From: an uncultured Chloroflexia bacterium
GTDB lineage: Bacteria > Chloroflexota > Limnocylindria > Limnocylindrales > CSP1-4
Reading direction: 5' to 3'
DNA: 64,000 nucleotides
Assembly: GCA_963748625.1 (NCBI GenBank)
Contig: CAVVJT010000003.1
Span: forward strand, 1 to 64,000
Part shown: one piece after another, positions 59,952 to 64,000 of the stretch
How positions within the stretch are numbered: the stretch's first letter is position 1
Layout: each line of letters starts with the position of its first letter
Notes under the pieces: generated by a model
What the model was told of the DNA's origin: nothing
Seen by the model: the letters and a program-made list of their open reading frames with translations, nothing else
Databases searched by the model: none
Position numbers and translations under genes: made by a program

Positions 59952-60602
59952 ATAAGCCGAGAGCTGCGCATCAACCAGATGATCCGGGTCCCCCAGGTCC
60001 GGGTCCTCGACGAAGATGGCTCACAGCTGGGCGTCATGCCCACGCACCAAGCCCTGGCGATGGCGCAGGAGCGGGGCTTCGACCTCGTCGAAGTCGCTCC
60101 CACCGCGGCCCCTCCGGTCGTCAAGTTTCTCGACTACGGTCAGTACAAGTACGAGCTGACCAAGCGCGAGAAGGAGGCGAAGCGGAAGCAGCGGTCGGTG
60201 GAGTTCAAGGAGGTCCGCCTCACGCCGAAGATCGGCATTGGCGACTTCGAGACGAAGGTCCACCGGGCGATCGAGTTCCTGGAGGATGGGGACCGGATCA
60301 AGGTCACCGTCCGCTTCCGCGGTCGCGAGCTGACCCACCCGGAGATCGGGCGGGGACTCCTTGCGAAGTTCGGCGAGGCAGTGAAGGACCACGGCACCGT
60401 GGACCGTCTGCCGGTGCTGGAAGGCAAGTCGATGTTCATGACGCTCGCCTCGGTCCACAAGCCGAGGGTCCACGAGCACAAGAAGACTGATGGCGAGCAG
60501 CCGCACGCACCGGAAACGGAGCCCGCAGCTGACGCCCCCGTCCCGCCCGCGCCGACGCCCACCGACCCCCCGGCGGCCGAGGCGGCACCAGCAGGAGAGT
60601 GA
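59952..60602 (+). CDS. infC: Translation initiation factor IF-3 (probable ATA start)
   Basis: ISRELRINQMIR, DLVEVAP, DYGQYKYE, FRGRE. Confidence 0.95.
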   Translation: MSRELRINQMIRVPQVRVLDEDGSQLGVMPTHQALAMAQERGFDLVEVAPTAAPPVVKFLDYGQYKYELTKREKEAKRKQRSVEFKEVRLTPKIGIGDFETKVHRAIEFLEDGDRIKVTVRFRGRELTHPEIGRGLLAKFGEAVKDHGTVDRLPVLEGKSMFMTLASVHKPRVHEHKKTDGEQPHAPETEPAADAPVPPAPTPTDPPAAEAAPAGE

Positions 60603-60609
60603 GGCCAGC

Positions 60610-60813
60610 GTGCCGAAGATGAAGACCCACAAGGGGGCCTCGAAGCGCATCGGGGTCACCGGGTCCGGGAAGTTCATCCGGGTGAAGTCCTGGCGCGGAC
60701 ACCACCTCGAGCTCAAGTCGTCGCGCCGCACCCGGCGGTACGCGGGCAAGGCCGTCATGGGACCCCAGTCCCAGGAGCAGCTCCGCGGCCTCCTCCCGTA
60801 CGCAGGGAAGTAG
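60610..60813 (+). CDS. rpmI: 50S ribosomal protein L35
   Basis: PKMKTHKGASKR. Confidence 0.95.
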   Translation: MPKMKTHKGASKRIGVTGSGKFIRVKSWRGHHLELKSSRRTRRYAGKAVMGPQSQEQLRGLLPYAGK

Positions 60814-60816
60814 CGA

Positions 60817-61167
60817 ATGGCACGCGTCAAGCGGGGCGTCACGTCCCACAAGCGCCACAAGCGCCTGCTCAACGCGGCTGAAGGCCGCAAGGGCACCAAC
60901 CGCAAGCTGATCAAGCGCGCGCACGAGTCCCAGCTCCACGCGCTGGCCTATGCGACCCGTGATCGCAAGCAGCGCAAGCGCGACATGCGCGAGCTGTGGA
61001 TCATCCGCATCAACGCCGCTGCGCGCCTGAACGGCATCACCTACAGCAAGTTCGTCAACGGGCTCAAGAAGGCCAATGTCGAGCTCGACCGCAAGGTCCT
61101 TGCCGACATCGCCGTGCGCGACGCCGCGACCTTCGGCCGCATCGCCGAGATCGCCAAGAGCGCCTGA
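60817..61167 (+). CDS. rplT: 50S ribosomal protein L20
   Basis: [28 protein letters not shown]. Confidence 0.97.
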   Translation: MARVKRGVTSHKRHKRLLNAAEGRKGTNRKLIKRAHESQLHALAYATRDRKQRKRDMRELWIIRINAAARLNGITYSKFVNGLKKANVELDRKVLADIAVRDAATFGRIAEIAKSA

Positions 61168-61190
61168 CCCCGCGAGGTCGAACCGCTCGG

Positions 61191-61218
61191 ACCCTCGACG
61201 TCGCCGACGATCGAGGGT
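61191..61218 (+). terminator. Stem-loop between rplT and pheS
   Basis: ACCCTCGA...TCGAGGGT. Confidence 0.45.
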
Positions 61219-61285
61219 TCGTGATTCTCCGGGGCCTGACGGGCCCCCTCCAGCAGCCCGTCCACAGCGGACCAGCACCACGCCC

Positions 61286-62326
61286 ATGGACCTCGCGCAA
61301 CTGACATCCGATCTCCAGACACTGCGCAGCCGCGCGGTCGCCGCAACCGCGGCCGCCCCCGACACCGCCGCCCTCGACGCCATCGAGCTCGAGGTATTGG
61401 GCAAGAAGGGCGAGCTCACGGTCATCCTCCGCGGCATCGGCGCGCTGCAGCCCGAGGACCGTCCCAAGGTCGGCGCGGTCGCCAACGAGGTCCGCGTGGC
61501 GATCGAGGGCGCGTTGGGGGAGGCCCGGGGGCGCCTCGGATCGGCAGAGCTGGCGGCGCGCCTCGCAGCAGAGGCCGTGGACGTCACCACGTCGGGTCGC
61601 CCGATCCGGCGGGGATCACTGCACCCGATCATGGAGACGGCGCGCGAGATCGCGGAGGTCTTCGCGCAATTCGGCTTCCAGGTCTACGAGGGCCCGGAGA
61701 TCGAGGACGATGTCACCAACTTCCAGATGCTGAACATCCCGCCCGACCATCCGGCTCGGGACCTCTGGGACACGCTGTACCTGGACCTCGACGGGCGGCT
61801 CCTGCGGACCCACACGAGCCCCGGCCAGATCCGTGTCATGCATCAGGAGAAGCCCCCGATCCGCGCGCTGCTGCCGGGCCGCTGCTTCCGCTACGAGGCG
61901 GTGGACGCGAGCCATGCCTCGGAGTTCTTCCAGGTGGAAGGCCTGATGGTCGACGAGGGCACCTCGATGGCCGACCTCAAGGGCCTGCTCGACCAGTTCG
62001 CCCACGCCATGTTCGGCGCTGGCCGGGCCACCCGCTTCCGCCCTGGGTACTACCCGTTCACGGAGCCCTCCGTCGCCTTCGACATCCTGTGCGTCATCTG
62101 CAATGGCGAGAAGTGTCCCGCCTGTTCCCGCACGGGATGGATGACGATCCTGGGCGCCGGCATGGTGCATCCGGTGGTCCTGCGCTACGGCGGCATCGAT
62201 CCCGAGCGCTACCAGGGCTTCGCATTCGGGATGGGTGTCGAGCGCATCGCCAACCTGCGCCACCACGTGATCGACCTCCGGGCCTACATGGAGGACGACC
62301 TTCGCTTCCTGGGAGCCTTCCGGTGA
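61286..62326 (+). CDS. pheS: Phenylalanyl-tRNA synthetase alpha subunit
   Basis: LGKKG, HPARD, LRTHTSPGQ, YPFTEPS, GFAFGMGVER. Confidence 0.97.
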   Translation: MDLAQLTSDLQTLRSRAVAATAAAPDTAALDAIELEVLGKKGELTVILRGIGALQPEDRPKVGAVANEVRVAIEGALGEARGRLGSAELAARLAAEAVDVTTSGRPIRRGSLHPIMETAREIAEVFAQFGFQVYEGPEIEDDVTNFQMLNIPPDHPARDLWDTLYLDLDGRLLRTHTSPGQIRVMHQEKPPIRALLPGRCFRYEAVDASHASEFFQVEGLMVDEGTSMADLKGLLDQFAHAMFGAGRATRFRPGYYPFTEPSVAFDILCVICNGEKCPACSRTGWMTILGAGMVHPVVLRYGGIDPERYQGFAFGMGVERIANLRHHVIDLRAYMEDDLRFLGAFR

Positions 62327-64000
62327 GAGTCCCCCTGTCCTGGCTGCGCGAGTTCGTCGACGTCGAGCTCACCCCCGAGCAGCTCGCCGAGCGCCTCACC
62401 CTCCTGGGGATGGAGGTCAAGCACATCGAGCGCTGGGGCGCCGACTGGCAGCACGTCGTCACTGGACGGCTCCTGACCGTGGAGCGGCACCCGCGCGCGG
62501 ACCGCCTCAGCCTCACCACCGTCACCTTCGATGACGGCAACGAGCCCCTGTCGATCATCTGCGGCGCGACGAACATCGCCCCCGGCCAGCGGATCCCGGT
62601 GGCCCTGCCAGGTGCGGTGCTGCCCGGCGACCGCCGCATCGAGCGTGCCGAGAAGATGGGCGTCGTCTCCAACGGCATGCTCTGCTCCGGCGAGGAGCTG
62701 CGCCTGACCGGCGACGGGGACGGGATCCTGATCCTGCCCGAGGACACGCCGCTCGGCGTGCCGCTGGTCGACCTCTACGGCGATACCGTCCTCGACGTGG
62801 ACGTCAAGCCCAATCGCGGCGATGCCCTCTCGATCCTCGGACTCGCACGCGAGGTCGCGGCGGCCACCCGCCAGCAGGTCCGCATGCCGTCCATCGAGGT
62901 GGAGGAGGGGAGCGGCCCGCCCACCTCCGAGCGCCTCGCCGTGGACGTCCGGGACCCCGACCTGTGCACCCGGTTCGCCGGGCGCTGGGTGAGCGGTGTG
63001 CGCATCGGGTCGTCGCCTGACGCGATCCAGATGCGCCTCCTGGCCGCCGGCCAGCGCCCGATCTCCAACGTCGTGGACGCCTCGAACTACGTCATGCTCG
63101 AGCTTGGCAAGCCCGTCCACACCTTCGACGGTGAGGCCATCCACGTCGGCCCCGACGGTCGTCGGACGATCGTGGTGCGCCGCGCGGAGGCGGGCGAGCG
63201 TCTCGAGACCCTGGACCACATCGAGCGCGAGCTCACGCCCGACATCCTGCTGATCGCGGACACGGCGGGCGCGCTCGCGGTGGCCGGCGTCATGGGTGGC
63301 GCCACGTCCGAGGTGTCCGACGCCACGACCGAGGTGTGCATCGAGTCCGCGGTGTTCGACGCGGTGAGCATCCGCCGCACCGCCCAGCGCCTCGCACTGC
63401 GATCCGAGGCCTCGAGCCGCTTCGAGAAGGGCCAGGAGAGCCGACTCGCGCGCCTCGGCGCCGATCGCACGGCCCAGTTCGTCAAGGCCTGGGCCGGCGG
63501 CGAGATCGCCGCAGGCGTGGTGGACACCGCGCCGGTCGATCCGCCTCGCAGCCGGGTCGCGTTCCGGCCCGCGCGCATCAACCGCCTGCTGGGGACCGGC
63601 CTGTCGACCGCTGAGCAGCAGGACCTGCTGGCCCGCGTCGGCGTGGACACGGAGCCTGCAGCCGCTGGCGAGATCATCGTGGTGGCGCTCAAGCCTGAGC
63701 CGCTGATGGTGTCGCCAGGGGCGGACGAGGCGCTCACGGCGGTCGTGCCGACCTGGCGGCGTGACATCGCCATCGAGGCGGACGTCGCCGAGGAGATCGC
63801 CCGCGTCCGGGGCTATGAGCTCGTTCCGTCGGTCACACCGGACACTGCGATGCCGGAGTTCCGTCCGTCACCCCTCGAGGTCCGGGAGCTGGTGAGGGAG
63901 ACGCTCGCGGGTGCCGGCCTCACCGAGGTCGTCACGACGGCGCTGGTGTCACCCAGGCACATCGAGACGTTCGTGCTGGCCCGCGAGGTTGAGTCCGTCG
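62323..64000 (+). CDS. pheT: Phenylalanyl-tRNA synthetase beta subunit (runs off the window end)
   Basis: (M)RVPLSWLREFV, ICGATN, SNGMLCS, PNRGDALS, SEASSRFEKG, PTWRRDI. Confidence 0.96.
   Translation, partial: MRVPLSWLREFVDVELTPEQLAERLTLLGMEVKHIERWGADWQHVVTGRLLTVERHPRADRLSLTTVTFDDGNEPLSIICGATNIAPGQRIPVALPGAVLPGDRRIERAEKMGVVSNGMLCSGEELRLTGDGDGILILPEDTPLGVPLVDLYGDTVLDVDVKPNRGDALSILGLAREVAAATRQQVRMPSIEVEEGSGPPTSERLAVDVRDPDLCTRFAGRWVSGVRIGSSPDAIQMRLLAAGQRPISNVVDASNYVMLELGKPVHTFDGEAIHVGPDGRRTIVVRRAEAGERLETLDHIERELTPDILLIADTAGALAVAGVMGGATSEVSDATTEVCIESAVFDAVSIRRTAQRLALRSEASSRFEKGQESRLARLGADRTAQFVKAWAGGEIAAGVVDTAPVDPPRSRVAFRPARINRLLGTGLSTAEQQDLLARVGVDTEPAAAGEIIVVALKPEPLMVSPGADEALTAVVPTWRRDIAIEADVAEEIARVRGYELVPSVTPDTAMPEFRPSPLEVRELVRETLAGAGLTEVVTTALVSPRHIETFVLAREVESV

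Noticed and set aside
61168-61285. T-box for pheS
   Set aside because: No GGTGG-ACC-CG motif and the gap is too short
62088-62125. CxxC-x4-CxxC motif in PheS
   Set aside because: Known feature of many bacterial PheS proteins

Overview
High-GC (about 70% by eye), gene-dense bacterial chromosome segment. The gene repertoire, delta-60/DUF881/peptidase-MA genes and frequent leaderless starts suggest Chloroflexota, possibly Ca. Limnocylindria; this is inference. Many single-base frameshifts in otherwise intact genes point to an error-prone long-read assembly. Left to right: a back-to-back junction of two gene fragments; a YbjT-like SDR and an EamA exporter; an extended kdp locus with split KdpD; a large secreted delta-60/Ig-like protein; an AAA-LuxR regulator; a metal/oxyanion cluster (PadR-modABC, tungsten-type radical SAM maturase, ArsP/ArsR/thioredoxin/TSUP, SulP, and a phosphoesterase with a MerR-type promoter); an XRE-B3/4-PLP lyase operon; a csp gene; two divergent AlaDH/CEOS-like paralogues; a zinc-finger gene and two flavodoxins; a CysRS-C-terminal-like domain fused to a GT2; a candidate structured ncRNA; an SBP-peptidase-DUF881 cluster; two methyltransferases; tRNA-Val(GAC); and T-box-thrS, infC-rpmI-rplT, pheS-pheT. 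I saw no CRISPR array, integrase or transposase. All product calls come from motif recognition, not database searches.
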